A program made the position numbers and the translations under genes. Under the pieces are notes generated by a model. It did not search any database. It saw only the letters and a program-made list of their open reading frames with translations, and had not been told where the DNA came from. Below, in pieces: positions 38,805-49,545 of a stretch of 64,000 nucleotides of DNA (the stretch's first letter is position 1; each line of letters starts with the position of its first letter). This stretch comes from an uncultured delta proteobacterium (GTDB lineage: Bacteria; Desulfobacterota; Binatia; Binatales; Binataceae). Location of the stretch: positions 544,001-608,000 of the forward strand of contig CAVRVY010000004.1 in assembly GCA_963724765.1 (NCBI GenBank), written 5' to 3'.

Positions 38805-40226
38805 TTACGGCGCAGGGGGCGCCGCTGGTAGCCATACGCTTACCGTCGTGCCTTCGCGCAGCCGGCTCTCGATGCGCAGCGCTCCGCGATGGAGCTGCAC
38901 GATGTGCTTGACGATCGCGAGGCCCAGGCCGGTCCCACCAAGCTCGCGCGAGCGTGCCCGGTCGACCCGGTAGAACCGCTCAGTCAGACGCGGGATGTCG
39001 GCTGCCGGAATACCTTCGCCACTGTCGGCGATCGCCAGTTCGACCCCGTCGCGGGACTCCTTGCCCGGCGCATCGGTGTGACGGGCGGCCCGCGCTTCGA
39101 CCGTAACGCGGCCGTCGCGCGGCGTGTATTTGATCGCGTTGTCGATCAGATTGATCAGTACCTGGTTCAAGCGATCGCGATCTCCTTCTATTTGCACCAC
39201 CTCTTCGGCGTATCGCGTCTCCAGGGTCACGCCTTGACGTTCGGCCCGCTCGCGCATCAGCTCCACCGCCTCGTCGGCAACGCGCCTGACCTCCAGCGGC
39301 TCGAGCCGGAGCGGCGAAAGTCCGCGTTCGAGGTCGGAGAGCGTGATCAGGTCGTCGATGAGACGGGCGAGGCGGCGCGATTGGCGCTCGATAATGCTCA
39401 GGAAGCGGCGCTGGGTATCGTGGTCGTCGACGCCAGCGACCAGAGTTTCGGCATAGCCGCAGAGCGCGCTTAGCGGCGTGCGGATCTCGTGCGTCAGGTT
39501 GGCGATGAAATCCGCGCGCACGGTCTCGTAGGACTTGAGCTGGGTGATATCGTGGAAGACCAGCACCCAGGCCGCCGCAGTGCCGGCGTTGGTGCGCACG
39601 GGCGCGGCGTTGGCGGCGAGATAATGCGGCGCGGGGCTTTGAATCTGAAACTCGGCCGTGACCATCCCGTCGTCCGCCGCCGCGCTCATCGAGCGCGCGA
39701 CGAAATCCTGCAGGCGCGGATCGCGGCACAGCTCGACGAAAGCGCGGCCCCGGTAGTCAGTGTCGGCGTCGAGCGCGAACATGCCCCGCGCCGCCCCGTT
39801 GACCAGCACGATGTCGCCGCGCCGCCCGGTCACCACCACCGCCTCGGTCATGCTGCGCAAAATGGCCGCGAACTCATCGCGCTGCTCGGCCAGCACTTCG
39901 AGCTCGCGGGCCACTGCGTCGGCGACCTCGAGCAGGCGATGCTCCGCAAGGCCCATCGCGTCGGCGCCCTCGTGATGCAGATGGGCGGGCGGGCGGCGCT
40001 CCTCGAGCGCCGCGGCGGCCTCCTCCACTCGCTCCGTGCTGCGCGTCCAGGCCCTGGCGATCGCGGAAGTGGCGAGCGTACCGATGATGAGTCCCGCCGC
40101 CAGCGCGCCGATTGCCCAAGGCCACGCAAGCCGCCCCGCCGCCGGCAATATGCCGAGCAGGATGGCCGGCGGGACGAGCGTTAGCAGCACCGCCACCGCG
40201 AGGCGGAGCTTTATTGATTTACCCAA
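38805..40226 (-). CDS. phoR: Phosphate regulon sensor histidine kinase
   Basis: TMs, PAS, HEIRTPL, NAIKY, GGTGLGL; follows phoB. Confidence 0.9.
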   Translation of the reverse strand: MGKSIKLRLAVAVLLTLVPPAILLGILPAAGRLAWPWAIGALAAGLIIGTLATSAIARAWTRSTERVEEAAAALEERRPPAHLHHEGADAMGLAEHRLLEVADAVARELEVLAEQRDEFAAILRSMTEAVVVTGRRGDIVLVNGAARGMFALDADTDYRGRAFVELCRDPRLQDFVARSMSAAADDGMVTAEFQIQSPAPHYLAANAAPVRTNAGTAAAWVLVFHDITQLKSYETVRADFIANLTHEIRTPLSALCGYAETLVAGVDDHDTQRRFLSIIERQSRRLARLIDDLITLSDLERGLSPLRLEPLEVRRVADEAVELMRERAERQGVTLETRYAEEVVQIEGDRDRLNQVLINLIDNAIKYTPRDGRVTVEARAARHTDAPGKESRDGVELAIADSGEGIPAADIPRLTERFYRVDRARSRELGGTGLGLAIVKHIVQLHRGALRIESRLREGTTVSVWLPAAPPAP

Positions 40227-40959
40227 GCGTTTCCAGATTGAAACGGTAGCCGACGCTGCGGACCGTCAGAATCAGTTCGGGATTGGCGTCGTCGCGCTCG
40301 ATATGGCGGCGCAGGCGGCGCACGTGAACGTCAACCGTGCGCGGTTCGACGAAGGTGTCGCGCCCCCACACCAGGTCGAGCAACTGCTCGCGGGTGTAGA
40401 CGCGCATCGGATGCTGCACAAAAAAACGCAGCAGCTCGAACTCGCGCAACGTCATCTCCAGCCGGCGCCCGTCGATAAACGCCTCGTAGGTGCCGAAGTC
40501 CATCTTGAGCCGCCCACGCTCGAAACCGCCGGCTTCGCCCGGTTCGGTGAGCAGCCGCGCTCGGCGCAGCAGCGCCCGGATGCGCGCGAGCACCTCGCGC
40601 GGGCTGAACGGCTTGACCACGTAGTCGTCGGCCCCCATCTCGAGGCCGAGCACGCGGTCGACCTCGGCGCCCTTGGCGGTGAGCATCAGGATCGGCATCG
40701 TGGCCGTCGGCGGCTGCGCACGCATCCGCCGGCAGAGCTCGAGCCCGGACATCCCGGGCAGCATCACGTCGAGCACCATCAGGTCCGGCGCGCGCCGCCC
40801 GATGCGCTCGAGCGCGGTGTCCGCGTCAGAGGCTTCGTCGACGATGAAGCCCTCCTGCTCGAGGCTGTAGCGCACCAGCTCGCGGATGTCGCGCTCGTCC
40901 TCGACCAGCAGGATGCGATGGCGGGAAGCGGAACGCGTCTGGGCGGCGGCTTCATTCAT
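40219..40959 (-). CDS. phoB: Phosphate regulon response regulator
   Basis: REC plus OmpR wHTH domain (RTVDVHVRRLR); inside the pst operon. Confidence 0.9.
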   Translation of the reverse strand: MNEAAAQTRSASRHRILLVEDERDIRELVRYSLEQEGFIVDEASDADTALERIGRRAPDLMVLDVMLPGMSGLELCRRMRAQPPTATMPILMLTAKGAEVDRVLGLEMGADDYVVKPFSPREVLARIRALLRRARLLTEPGEAGGFERGRLKMDFGTYEAFIDGRRLEMTLREFELLRFFVQHPMRVYTREQLLDLVWGRDTFVEPRTVDVHVRRLRRHIERDDANPELILTVRSVGYRFNLETLG

Positions 40960-41644
40960 GTTTCTTTTTGTCCATGTGGCGGATGGTGCGTCCTTTCACC
41001 ATGAAGACGACCATCTCGGCAATGTTCGTTGCGTGATCGGCGATACGCTCGAGGTACTTCGATATGAACAGCAAGCGGGTGGCGCGCGGGATGGTGTGCG
41101 GGTCTTCGGCCATGTAGGAGAGCAGCTCGCGGTACATCTGGTAGTTAAGCTGGTCGACCTCGTCGTCGCGTTCGATCACTTCCTCGGCGAGCGCGGCGTC
41201 GTCGCGCAGGAACGCGTCAAGGCTGTCCTTGAGCATCGATTGCGCCGCCGCGGCCATCCGCGGCAGGTCGAGGTAGGGTTTGAGTTGCGGCTCCTCGTTG
41301 AGCTCTAGTACGCGCTCGCAGATATTGACGGCGTTGTCGCCGATGCGCTCGAGGTCGGTGGTGATCTTGAGCCCGGTGGTGATGAAGCGCAGGTCGCTGG
41401 CGGCCGGCTGATGCAATGCGAGCAACCGGATGCATTGCTCGTCGGTCTCGACGTCCATCCGGTTAACCTCGGCGTCGCGCGCGATGATCTCGCGCGCCTT
41501 GACGGTGTCGCGATTGACCAGTGCTTCCATGGCTTCGGCGATCTGGCGCTCGACCAGACCGCCCATCTTGAGCAGGTCGCCGCGCACGGCGCGCAATTCC
41601 TCCTCGTACTGGCGGTTAGTATGCTGCGGCTGCAAGTTGTCCAT
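40952..41644 (-). CDS. phoU: Phosphate signalling protein PhoU
   Basis: QPAASDLR, DLERIGD, LERIADHATNIAE motifs. Confidence 0.96.
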   Translation of the reverse strand: MDNLQPQHTNRQYEEELRAVRGDLLKMGGLVERQIAEAMEALVNRDTVKAREIIARDAEVNRMDVETDEQCIRLLALHQPAASDLRFITTGLKITTDLERIGDNAVNICERVLELNEEPQLKPYLDLPRMAAAAQSMLKDSLDAFLRDDAALAEEVIERDDEVDQLNYQMYRELLSYMAEDPHTIPRATRLLFISKYLERIADHATNIAEMVVFMVKGRTIRHMDKKKHE

Positions 41645-41668
41645 TTGCGCCTCCCCGGCGTGCGGCGG

Positions 41669-42430
41669 TTAGCCGAAACGCCCGGTGATGTAGTCCTCGG
41701 TCTCGCGGCGGCCCGGGTTGGTGAAAATCTGCCGAGTCTCACCGAACTCGATCAGTTCCCCTGTATACAGGAAGGCGGTCAGGTCCGCGGTGCGGGCCGC
41801 CTGTTGCATATTATGCGTTACCAACACGATTGTGTAATTGGCCTTGAGCTCCAACAAGAGCTCTTCGATGCGCGCGGTCGAAATCGGATCGAGCGCCGAG
41901 CACGGCTCGTCCATCAGCAGCACCTCGGGCTCGACCGCGAGCGCGCGCGCCACGCACAGGCGCTGCTGCTGGCCGCCCGAGAGGCTGGCGCCGGGGCGGC
42001 GCAGGCGTTCCTTGACTTCGTCCCACAGGGCCGCCTGGCGCAGGCTCCGCTCGACGATCCGGTCGCGCTCCGGACGTTTGAGCGCGACGCCATTGAGCTT
42101 GAGGCCCGCGGCCACATTGTCCTCGATCGACATGGTTGGAAACGGCGTCGGCTTCTGGAACACCATCCCGATCCGCCGCCGCACCTGCACCGCGTCGACT
42201 CCGGGCGCGTAGATGTCCTCTCCGTCGAGCAGCACTTCACCCTCGGCCCGCGCTCCGGCCACGACTTCGTGCATCCGGTTGAGGCATCGCACCAGCGTCG
42301 ACTTGCCGCATCCCGAGGGCCCGATGATCGCGGTCACCACGTTGGGCGGGAACGCCAGGTTGATGTCGTGGATGGCGCGGGTCTGCCCGAAGTAAGCGCT
42401 CAAATGACGTGCGACGAGTTTTTCAGCCAT
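41669..42430 (-). CDS. pstB: Phosphate ABC transporter ATPase
   Basis: [31 protein letters not shown] motifs. Confidence 0.96.
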   Translation of the reverse strand: MAEKLVARHLSAYFGQTRAIHDINLAFPPNVVTAIIGPSGCGKSTLVRCLNRMHEVVAGARAEGEVLLDGEDIYAPGVDAVQVRRRIGMVFQKPTPFPTMSIEDNVAAGLKLNGVALKRPERDRIVERSLRQAALWDEVKERLRRPGASLSGGQQQRLCVARALAVEPEVLLMDEPCSALDPISTARIEELLLELKANYTIVLVTHNMQQAARTADLTAFLYTGELIEFGETRQIFTNPGRRETEDYITGRFG

Positions 42431-42436
42431 GGTGAC

Positions 42437-43306
42437 TTAGCGTACGACTCGCGCGCTCCCGCGTGTCACCCATCTTACGCCCAACTCCAGCGCCAGCACG
42501 ATCGCCGTGAGCACCAGCGCTCCGGCCCACGCCTGACGCTGCCAATCAGGAAAAGGCGAAATCGCGTAGGTATAGACCTGCACCGTGAGCGAGGCGATGG
42601 GGTTGGTGAGCGAGGTCGACCAGAAGCGGTTGCCGAAGGCCGTGAACAGCAGCGGCGCGGTCTCGCCCGCGATCCGGGCGATGGCCAGGATTGCGCCGGT
42701 GGCGATTCCGCTGGCCGCCGTGCGCGCAACCACCCAAAGCGTCGTGCGCCAGCCGGGCACGCCCAGCGCCAGCGCCGCCTCACGCAATTCGTGCGGCACC
42801 AGCAACAGCATCTCCTCGGTGGTGCGCGTCACCAGCGGAATCATGATCACCGCCAGCGCCACGGCGCCGGCCAGCGTCGAGAACCCGCCCATCGGCCGCA
42901 CCACAACCGCGTAGGCGAAGATGCCCACCACGATCGACGGCACGCCCATCATCACGTCGGCGCCAAAGCGCGCCGCGCTGGCTAAGCGGCCGCCCTGATG
43001 CGCCGCCAGGTACAATCCCGAGCCGATCCCGATCGGCACGCCCATCAGGCTCGCCAGCCCGATCAGCTCCAGCGTGCCGACGATCGCGTTGGCCATCCCG
43101 CCGCCCTTCTCGCCCACCGGCGCAGGCATATGGGTAAAGAAGGCCAGGTTGAGGCTCGAGGCTCCCTTGGCGAACAGGTAGGCCAGGATGATGAACAACG
43201 GGAGCAGCGTGATGACGGTCGCGAGCACGGTCACCCCCATCATCAGATCGCTCTTGGCCTTGCGCCACATCGTGCGGCGCGTATGCGCGGCGGATTTGGC
43301 CGTCAC
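42437..43306 (-). CDS. pstA: Phosphate ABC transporter permease
   Basis: GVPSIVVG, ARIAGETAPL; GTG start overlaps the pstC TGA. Confidence 0.93.
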   Translation of the reverse strand: MTAKSAAHTRRTMWRKAKSDLMMGVTVLATVITLLPLFIILAYLFAKGASSLNLAFFTHMPAPVGEKGGGMANAIVGTLELIGLASLMGVPIGIGSGLYLAAHQGGRLASAARFGADVMMGVPSIVVGIFAYAVVVRPMGGFSTLAGAVALAVIMIPLVTRTTEEMLLLVPHELREAALALGVPGWRTTLWVVARTAASGIATGAILAIARIAGETAPLLFTAFGNRFWSTSLTNPIASLTVQVYTYAISPFPDWQRQAWAGALVLTAIVLALELGVRWVTRGSARVVR

Positions 43307-44298
43307 AGGTCGCCCTCGAAGCGGCGCTGCGTGGCGCCCAGCACCAGGGCGCGCGCCGCGACGTTGAGCGCGAGCCCGACCACCAGCAGCACCAGGCCCA
43401 GTTCGACCAGCGATGAGAGGTAGAGCGTAGAGGTCGCCTCGGCGAACTCGTTGGCGATCACGCTGGCCAGCGTGGCCGAAGGCGCGAACAGCGAGGCCGA
43501 AATCTGCGGCGAGTTGCCGATCACCATCGCCACCGCGATCGTCTCGCCCAGCGCGCGGCCCAGGCCGAACATGATCGCGCCGATCACCCCCGAAAGGCCG
43601 TACGGCAGCACCGCCATCCGCACCATCTCCCAGCGCGTCGCCCCCAGCGCCAGCGCCGCTTCGCGCTGGGTCTGCGGCACGGCGCGGAAGACGTCGGTGC
43701 AGACCGCAGCGATATACGGCACCACCATGATTGCCAGCAGCACTCCCGCGCACAGGATGCTCACGGACACGCGCGGCCCCTGGAAGAGCGGCATAAAGCC
43801 CAGCGCGGCGCCCAGTGGCGGCTCGACGTGATCGCGCAGCCACGGACCGAGCACGAAAATCGCCCACAGCCCGTAAACCACCGAGGGAATCGCCGCCAGC
43901 AGTTCGACCATGAAGCCGAGCCGCCGGCTGAGCCATACCGGCGCCATCTCGCTCAGGCAGAGCGCCACCCCGAGGCTTAGCGGCACCGCGATAATCAGCG
44001 CGAGGGTCGAGGAGACCATCGTTCCATAGATGAAAGGCAACGCACCAAACTGCTCGTTGACAGGGTCCCAATCGGTGCTCACGACGAAGCCCCAGCCGAA
44101 AGCCTTGAGCGACGGCGTGGACTCGATCACCAGCGCGATCGCCAGGCCAACCAGGACGCTCAGGCCGACCAGCGTCAACACAAGCGTGGTCAGGTTGAAG
44201 AGGCGGTCGCCGAACAAACGGACATGAAAGGCGCTGACACGCCCCTGACGTGGTGCCACCGCTACGTTCTCGTGCGTCGCTTCGAGGAGTTCAGCCAA
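43303..44298 (-). CDS. pstC: Phosphate ABC transporter permease (start uncertain)
   Basis: ELLAAIPSVVYGLW, GRALGETIAV, IANEFAEA motifs. Confidence 0.93.
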   Translation of the reverse strand: MAELLEATHENVAVAPRQGRVSAFHVRLFGDRLFNLTTLVLTLVGLSVLVGLAIALVIESTPSLKAFGWGFVVSTDWDPVNEQFGALPFIYGTMVSSTLALIIAVPLSLGVALCLSEMAPVWLSRRLGFMVELLAAIPSVVYGLWAIFVLGPWLRDHVEPPLGAALGFMPLFQGPRVSVSILCAGVLLAIMVVPYIAAVCTDVFRAVPQTQREAALALGATRWEMVRMAVLPYGLSGVIGAIMFGLGRALGETIAVAMVIGNSPQISASLFAPSATLASVIANEFAEATSTLYLSSLVELGLVLLVVGLALNVAARALVLGATQRRFEGDL

Positions 44299-44397
44299 GA
44301 TAAATTGTCTATGACGAAACTGTCCGTTTCGGCCCCTGCAGCCCCGCGCCGTCACCCACCCAAAGGCTACCGCCCGCCGCCATCAAAGGTAACGATC

Positions 44398-44419
44398 AAA
44401 TGTTACAGGCGTGTTAAAC
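44398..44419 (-). promoter_or_regulatory. Putative Pho box
   Basis: Minus-strand 11-bp direct repeats GTTTAACACGC/CTGTAACATTT upstream of pstC. Confidence 0.6.
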
Positions 44420-44470
44420 CGAGGCGAAAATTTGGAATAGGTGCGAGCAAGTGCGCCAGCCGCGTTCCCG

Positions 44471-45745
44471 TTAGCGCGCGCGGATTACGTCCACTCCGCC
44501 CATGCACGGCCGCAGCACTTCGGGCACCACCACGGAGCCATCGGCCTGTTGATAATTCTCCAGCACGGCGATCAGCGTGCGGGGCAATCCCAGGCCCGAA
44601 CCATTGAGCGCGTGAACGAATTCGGGACGCTCGCCCTTATTGCGGCGAAAGCGGACATTGGCGCGGCGCGGCTGAAAGTCCGTGCAGTTCGAGCACGAAC
44701 TGACCTCCAGCCACTCTCCGGACCCCGGCGCCCACATCTCGACGTCGTAAGTCGCCGCGCTCGAGAACCCAAGGTCGGCAGTGCAAAGCTGCACGACACG
44801 AAACGGAATCTTGAGCCGGCGGCATATCTCGCACGCGTTTTCGACCAGCTTCTCCAGTTCCGCGTCGGACGTCTGTGGCGTCACCAGCTTGACCATCTCT
44901 ACCTTGTCGAATTGATGGCCGCGCTTGATGCCGCGGACGTCGCGACCGGCCGACATCTTCTCGCGCCGAAAGCACGGCGTATAGGCGGTCAGATAAATCG
45001 GGAGGCGATCGGCGTCGAGGATTTCGTCGCGGTAGAGGTTGGTGAGCGGCACCTCGGCGGTCGGGATGAACCAGTAGTCTTCCTCGATATCGCGGTACAT
45101 CGTGTCCTGGAACTTCGGCAGATGGCCGGTGCCGGTGGCGGACGCGCTGTTGACCATCAGCGGCGGAATCACTTCGAGGTAACCCTGCTCGAGCGTCTTG
45201 AGGTCGAGCATCCAGGCGATAAGCGCCCGTTCCAGGCGCGCCCCCAACCCCATCAGCACGTAAAACCGCGTGCCGGAGAGCTTCACCCCGCGCTCGAAGT
45301 CGATAATCCCCAGCCGCTCGCCCAACTCCCAGTGCGGCAGCGGTTTGAAGGCGAATTCGACCGGCTGGCCCTCACTGCGAACGATCTTGTTGTCGGCCTC
45401 GCTCTTGCCCACCGGCACGTACGGACGCGGCAGGTTTCGCATCATTAGCATCAACTGCTCGAACTGCCGCTCGACCTCGGCCAGTTCGCGCTCGCCCGCG
45501 GAGATGCGATCGCCGAGCGCGCGCATCTCGGCGCGCCGCCGCTCGCGCTCCTCGGGCGACGCTTTGCCCAACTCGCGCGACTCGCGGGTGCGCTGCGCGC
45601 GCAAATCGTCAAGCTCGTGCTGCAGGCGGCGCCGGCGCGCGTCGGTCTCCAGTATCCGATCGACCTCGGCGGGATCTACGCCGCATTTGGCAAGCTCGGC
45701 TTTAATGAAGTCGGGCTGCTCGCGAATAAGTCGGATGTCGAGCAT
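44471..45745 (-). CDS. serS: Serine--tRNA ligase
   Basis: MLDI, IPTAEVPL, CFRRE, HQFDKVE, LNGSGL motifs. Confidence 0.97.
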   Translation of the reverse strand: MLDIRLIREQPDFIKAELAKCGVDPAEVDRILETDARRRRLQHELDDLRAQRTRESRELGKASPEERERRRAEMRALGDRISAGERELAEVERQFEQLMLMMRNLPRPYVPVGKSEADNKIVRSEGQPVEFAFKPLPHWELGERLGIIDFERGVKLSGTRFYVLMGLGARLERALIAWMLDLKTLEQGYLEVIPPLMVNSASATGTGHLPKFQDTMYRDIEEDYWFIPTAEVPLTNLYRDEILDADRLPIYLTAYTPCFRREKMSAGRDVRGIKRGHQFDKVEMVKLVTPQTSDAELEKLVENACEICRRLKIPFRVVQLCTADLGFSSAATYDVEMWAPGSGEWLEVSSCSNCTDFQPRRANVRFRRNKGERPEFVHALNGSGLGLPRTLIAVLENYQQADGSVVVPEVLRPCMGGVDVIRAR

Positions 45746-46177
45746 TCAGAAAGCGTCCTTCAGGAGTTCGAGATGGCGTCCGGAGCCGTCCTCCAGGATC
45801 GCGACCACGTCAAAGCGTATCGGGTGGTCGTGCGCGCGATGACTCTGCGCGTAGATCTCGCCGGCGCGTCTCAGATGGCGCTGCTTGTAGGAGTTCACCG
45901 CTTCCTGGGGCATCCCGGTTTGCGCCGTGCGCCGGGTCTTGACCTCGACGAACACCAGCGTCTCGCCATCCATCGCGACTAGGTCAATCTCGGCGCCCGC
46001 GCCGCGAAAGTTGCGCTCCAGGATCCGATAACCCTTTCGCCGCAGATGACGCTCCGCAATCCGTTCACCTCGGCGTCCCAGTGCGATCCGGTCCAGCCCG
46101 GCAAACGAACGCCAACCGAAATCGCGCAGATTCGCGAGCTCCTCTATCCAGGCGCGAAGACGAGCGGCCAGCTTCAC
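45746..46177 (-). CDS. yraN: YraN/UPF0102 family nuclease
   Basis: GERIA, EIDLV, VFVEVKTR, RFDVV motifs. Confidence 0.9.
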   Translation of the reverse strand: MKLAARLRAWIEELANLRDFGWRSFAGLDRIALGRRGERIAERHLRRKGYRILERNFRGAGAEIDLVAMDGETLVFVEVKTRRTAQTGMPQEAVNSYKQRHLRRAGEIYAQSHRAHDHPIRFDVVAILEDGSGRHLELLKDAF

Positions 46178-46271
46178 TGCCCCACAAAGGTAGGTGTCTC
46201 GATGCCCGCTGGCAAGCTGCTGGCGGCGAAAAACCTGACTTGGCGAACCGCGGATGTTAGGATTGTCCGCA

Positions 46272-46568
46272 ATGGCACAGCAGAAGATCAGCCTTGAACA
46301 GGTCCGTCACGTGGCGCGTCTCGCGCGCCTGGAGCTTGCGCCGGCCGAGGAACAGCACCTCCAGGTCGAAATGAGCGAGATGCTCGGCTATGTCGACAAG
46401 CTCAACGAACTCGACACCGACGCGGTCGAGCCGACAGCGCAGGTGGGAGAATCGGGCACGCCGATGCGCGAGGACGCGGTCACCAATCGCCCGGCGGCCG
46501 ACGCGATGCTTGCCAATGCGCCGGCGCGCGAAGGTTTTTTCTTCAAAGTGCCCAAAATTATCGAGTGA
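46272..46568 (+). CDS. gatC: Asp/Glu-tRNA amidotransferase subunit C
   Basis: VARLARL, MREDAV, NAP, FKVPKII motifs. Confidence 0.95.
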   Translation: MAQQKISLEQVRHVARLARLELAPAEEQHLQVEMSEMLGYVDKLNELDTDAVEPTAQVGESGTPMREDAVTNRPAADAMLANAPAREGFFFKVPKIIE

Positions 46569-46569
46569 C

Positions 46570-48030
46570 ATGGGATCCGAACTCAACCGGCTGACGATTA
46601 CCGGGGCGCGTGAGCGCCTGCGACGGCGCGAAATCACCTCGCGCGAGCTCACCCGCGACTGCCTCGAACGAATCGCGGCGGTCGAGCCGCGCGTCAACGC
46701 ATTCATCACGGTGTGCGAGACCGAGGCCATGGCGCAGGCCGACGACGCCGACCGCCGCCTGAGCCAGGGCGACGCGCCGGACCTCTGCGGCATCCCGCTC
46801 GGCATCAAGGATATCTACTGCACCCGCGGGGTGCGCACGACCTGCGCCTCGAAGATCCTCGGCGACTTCACCCCGCCGTTCGACGCCACAGTGATCGAAA
46901 AGCTGCGCGCCGCGGGCGCGGTCTTCGTCGGCAAAGCCAACCTGGACGAGTTCGCGATGGGATCCTCGACCGAGAACTCGGCCTTTGGTCCGACGCGCAA
47001 TCCCCACGACCTCGAACGCGTCGCCGGCGGTTCGTCCGGCGGATCAGCGGCGGCGGTCGCGGCCGACGAATGTCTCGCCGCGCTCGGTACCGACACCGGC
47101 GGCTCGATTCGCCTGCCGGCCTCGTTCTGCGGCGTGGTTGGGATCAAACCGACCTACAGCCGCGTGAGCCGCTACGGCGTGATCGCCTACGCTTCGTCGC
47201 TCGACCAGGTTGGTCCGTTCGCGCGCACCGTGCGCGACGCCGCGACGGTGTTGCGCGCCGTCGCCGGCGCCGACCCGCGCGACTCGACCTGCTCGGCGCG
47301 GCCGGTGCCTGACTACGAACGCGCGCTCACCGGCGAGGTCCGTGGGATGCGTATCGGCGTGCCCAGGGAATATTTCGTCGAAGGGATGGACGCCGCGGTC
47401 GAAGCCGCGGTGCGCTGGTCGCTCAAGCGACTGGAGGCGATGGGCGCGCGGACGGTTGAAATTTCTCTGCCCCACACCGGCTACGCGGTCGCGGCTTACT
47501 ATCTGATCGCCACCGCCGAGGCGAGCGCGAACCTGGCGCGCTATGACGGCGTGCGCTACGGCCTTCGCGCCGCTGCCGACAACAATATCGAACTGTACAA
47601 TCGCACTCGTGCGCAGGGCTTCGGCGCCGAGGTCAAGCGTCGCATCATGCTCGGCACTTTCGCGCTCTCGGCCGGCTACTACGACGCCTACTACCTGAAG
47701 GGTCAAAAGGTGCGCACCCTCATCCGGCGCGATTTCGAGCGCGCCTTCGAGAGCTGCGATCTAATTGCGGCGCCGGTCGCGCCGACCACCGCGTTCCGGC
47801 TCGGCGAAAAAACCGACGACCCACTCAAGATGTATCTCTCTGATATATTCACGATCTCGGTGAACCTCGCCGGTCTGCCCGGAATGTCGGTGCCGTGCGG
47901 CGCCGACGCGCATGGGATGCCGATCGGACTGCAGCTCATCGGCCCGCCCTTCGGTGAGGAAGCGATCCTGCGCGCGGGCGATGCATGGGAGCGCTCCGGT
48001 GGCTTTGCGCAGCGCGCGCCGCAGCTTTAG
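46570..48030 (+). CDS. gatA: Asp/Glu-tRNA amidotransferase subunit A
   Basis: [36 protein letters not shown] motifs. Confidence 0.97.
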   Translation: MGSELNRLTITGARERLRRREITSRELTRDCLERIAAVEPRVNAFITVCETEAMAQADDADRRLSQGDAPDLCGIPLGIKDIYCTRGVRTTCASKILGDFTPPFDATVIEKLRAAGAVFVGKANLDEFAMGSSTENSAFGPTRNPHDLERVAGGSSGGSAAAVAADECLAALGTDTGGSIRLPASFCGVVGIKPTYSRVSRYGVIAYASSLDQVGPFARTVRDAATVLRAVAGADPRDSTCSARPVPDYERALTGEVRGMRIGVPREYFVEGMDAAVEAAVRWSLKRLEAMGARTVEISLPHTGYAVAAYYLIATAEASANLARYDGVRYGLRAAADNNIELYNRTRAQGFGAEVKRRIMLGTFALSAGYYDAYYLKGQKVRTLIRRDFERAFESCDLIAAPVAPTTAFRLGEKTDDPLKMYLSDIFTISVNLAGLPGMSVPCGADAHGMPIGLQLIGPPFGEEAILRAGDAWERSGGFAQRAPQL

Positions 48031-48058
48031 ATGTGACGACCGATTTATCAGAGAAACA

Positions 48059-49498
48059 ATGAATAACGACGCATACGAGGCAGTAATCGGGCTCGAAGTT
48101 CACGCCCACATGCTTACGCGCTCCAAGCTGTTCTGCGGATGCGCCACGGACTTCGGCGCGCCGCCCAACCATAACGTGTGTCCGGTATGCATGGCGATGC
48201 CGGGGGTGCTGCCCGTGCTGAATCGTCACGTGCTCGAACTGGCTATTCGGACCGGACTCGCCGCGCATAGCAAGATCGAGCCGCACTCGGTGTTCGCGCG
48301 CAAGAGCTACTTCTATCCCGACCTGCCCAAGGGCTACCAGATTAGCCAGTACGATCAGCCTCTATGCCGCGGCGGCTATATCGAACTTCCGGCGCGCGAG
48401 GGTGTCGAGCCGCGGCAGATTCGGCTCGTGCGGATTCATCTCGAAGAAGACGCCGGCAAGAATATCCATGCCGAGAGTGCGAGCCTGGTCGACCTCAACC
48501 GCTCGGGCGTGCCGCTGATGGAGATCGTCAGCGAGCCGGATATTCGCTCGCCCGAAGAGGCGGTTGATTATCTGCGCGAGTTGCGCGGAATCCTCGTCGC
48601 CGTCGGCGCCTCGGACGGCAAGATGGAAGAAGGGAGCCTGCGATGCGACGTTAACGTATCGGTGCGTCCGCGCGGCGCCACGGAGTTGGGAGCCAGGACC
48701 GAGATCAAGAATCTCAATTCCTTCCGCTTCGTCGAGAAAGCGATCGTGTACGAGGTCAACCGGCAGATTGAAGAGATCGCTGCCGGACGTCGTATCGCGC
48801 AGGAAACCCATTTGTGGGACCCCGAGCGCGAGGTGACGCGCCCGATGCGCTCCAAGGAGTTCGCCAACGACTATCGCTATTTCCCCGAGCCCGACCTGCC
48901 GCCGCTGATCGTGCCAGCGGATTTGGTCGAAGAAATCCGCTCGGCTATGCCAGAACTGCCCGCCCAGACGCGCGCAAAATACGTGAAGGACTTCGGCCTC
49001 TCGCCCTATGAAGTCAGCGTCTTACTCGGTCGTGATGATCTAGGTGACTACTTCGTCAACGTTATCGCCGCAGGGGCCAATGCCAAGAGCGCGGCCAATT
49101 GGGTAATGACTGAGGTCCTGCGCGCGGCCAACGAGTCGGCCAAGCCGCTCACCGATGCGGCGCCCAGCCCGCAGGAGACCGGTGCGCTGCTGAAGATGGT
49201 CGAGGAATCGCGCATCAGTCTCAACGCCGCCAAGAACGCGTTCGCCGCGATGTGCCGTTCGGGCAAGAGTGCGGAGGCAACCGTGACGGAACTCGGTCTC
49301 GCGCAGGTTTCCGACGAAAACGCGATCGCCGAGGCCTGCGATCGGGTGCTGGCGGCGGAAAGCGCCAAGCTCGCCGAGTACCGCGCCGGACGCGACAAGC
49401 TATACGGATTTTTCGTCGGCGCGGTGATGAAAGCGATGGGCGGCAAGGGAAATCCCAAGGTCGTCAACGAGGTCCTGCGCCGCAAGCTCGCCGGCTAA
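48059..49498 (+). CDS. gatB: Asp/Glu-tRNA amidotransferase subunit B
   Basis: VIGLEVH, YFYPDLPKGYQISQ, YRYFPEPDL motifs. Confidence 0.97.
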   Translation: MNNDAYEAVIGLEVHAHMLTRSKLFCGCATDFGAPPNHNVCPVCMAMPGVLPVLNRHVLELAIRTGLAAHSKIEPHSVFARKSYFYPDLPKGYQISQYDQPLCRGGYIELPAREGVEPRQIRLVRIHLEEDAGKNIHAESASLVDLNRSGVPLMEIVSEPDIRSPEEAVDYLRELRGILVAVGASDGKMEEGSLRCDVNVSVRPRGATELGARTEIKNLNSFRFVEKAIVYEVNRQIEEIAAGRRIAQETHLWDPEREVTRPMRSKEFANDYRYFPEPDLPPLIVPADLVEEIRSAMPELPAQTRAKYVKDFGLSPYEVSVLLGRDDLGDYFVNVIAAGANAKSAANWVMTEVLRAANESAKPLTDAAPSPQETGALLKMVEESRISLNAAKNAFAAMCRSGKSAEATVTELGLAQVSDENAIAEACDRVLAAESAKLAEYRAGRDKLYGFFVGAVMKAMGGKGNPKVVNEVLRRKLAG

Positions 49499-49545
49499 AA
49501 GCACACGGCGATGTCGTCTCGGCAGCGGATGCTTGTCCGACGCGC

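Noticed and set aside
42437-44071. 544-aa extended PstA
   Set aside because: The N-terminal half is an off-frame overlap with pstC; the real start is the GTG at 43306
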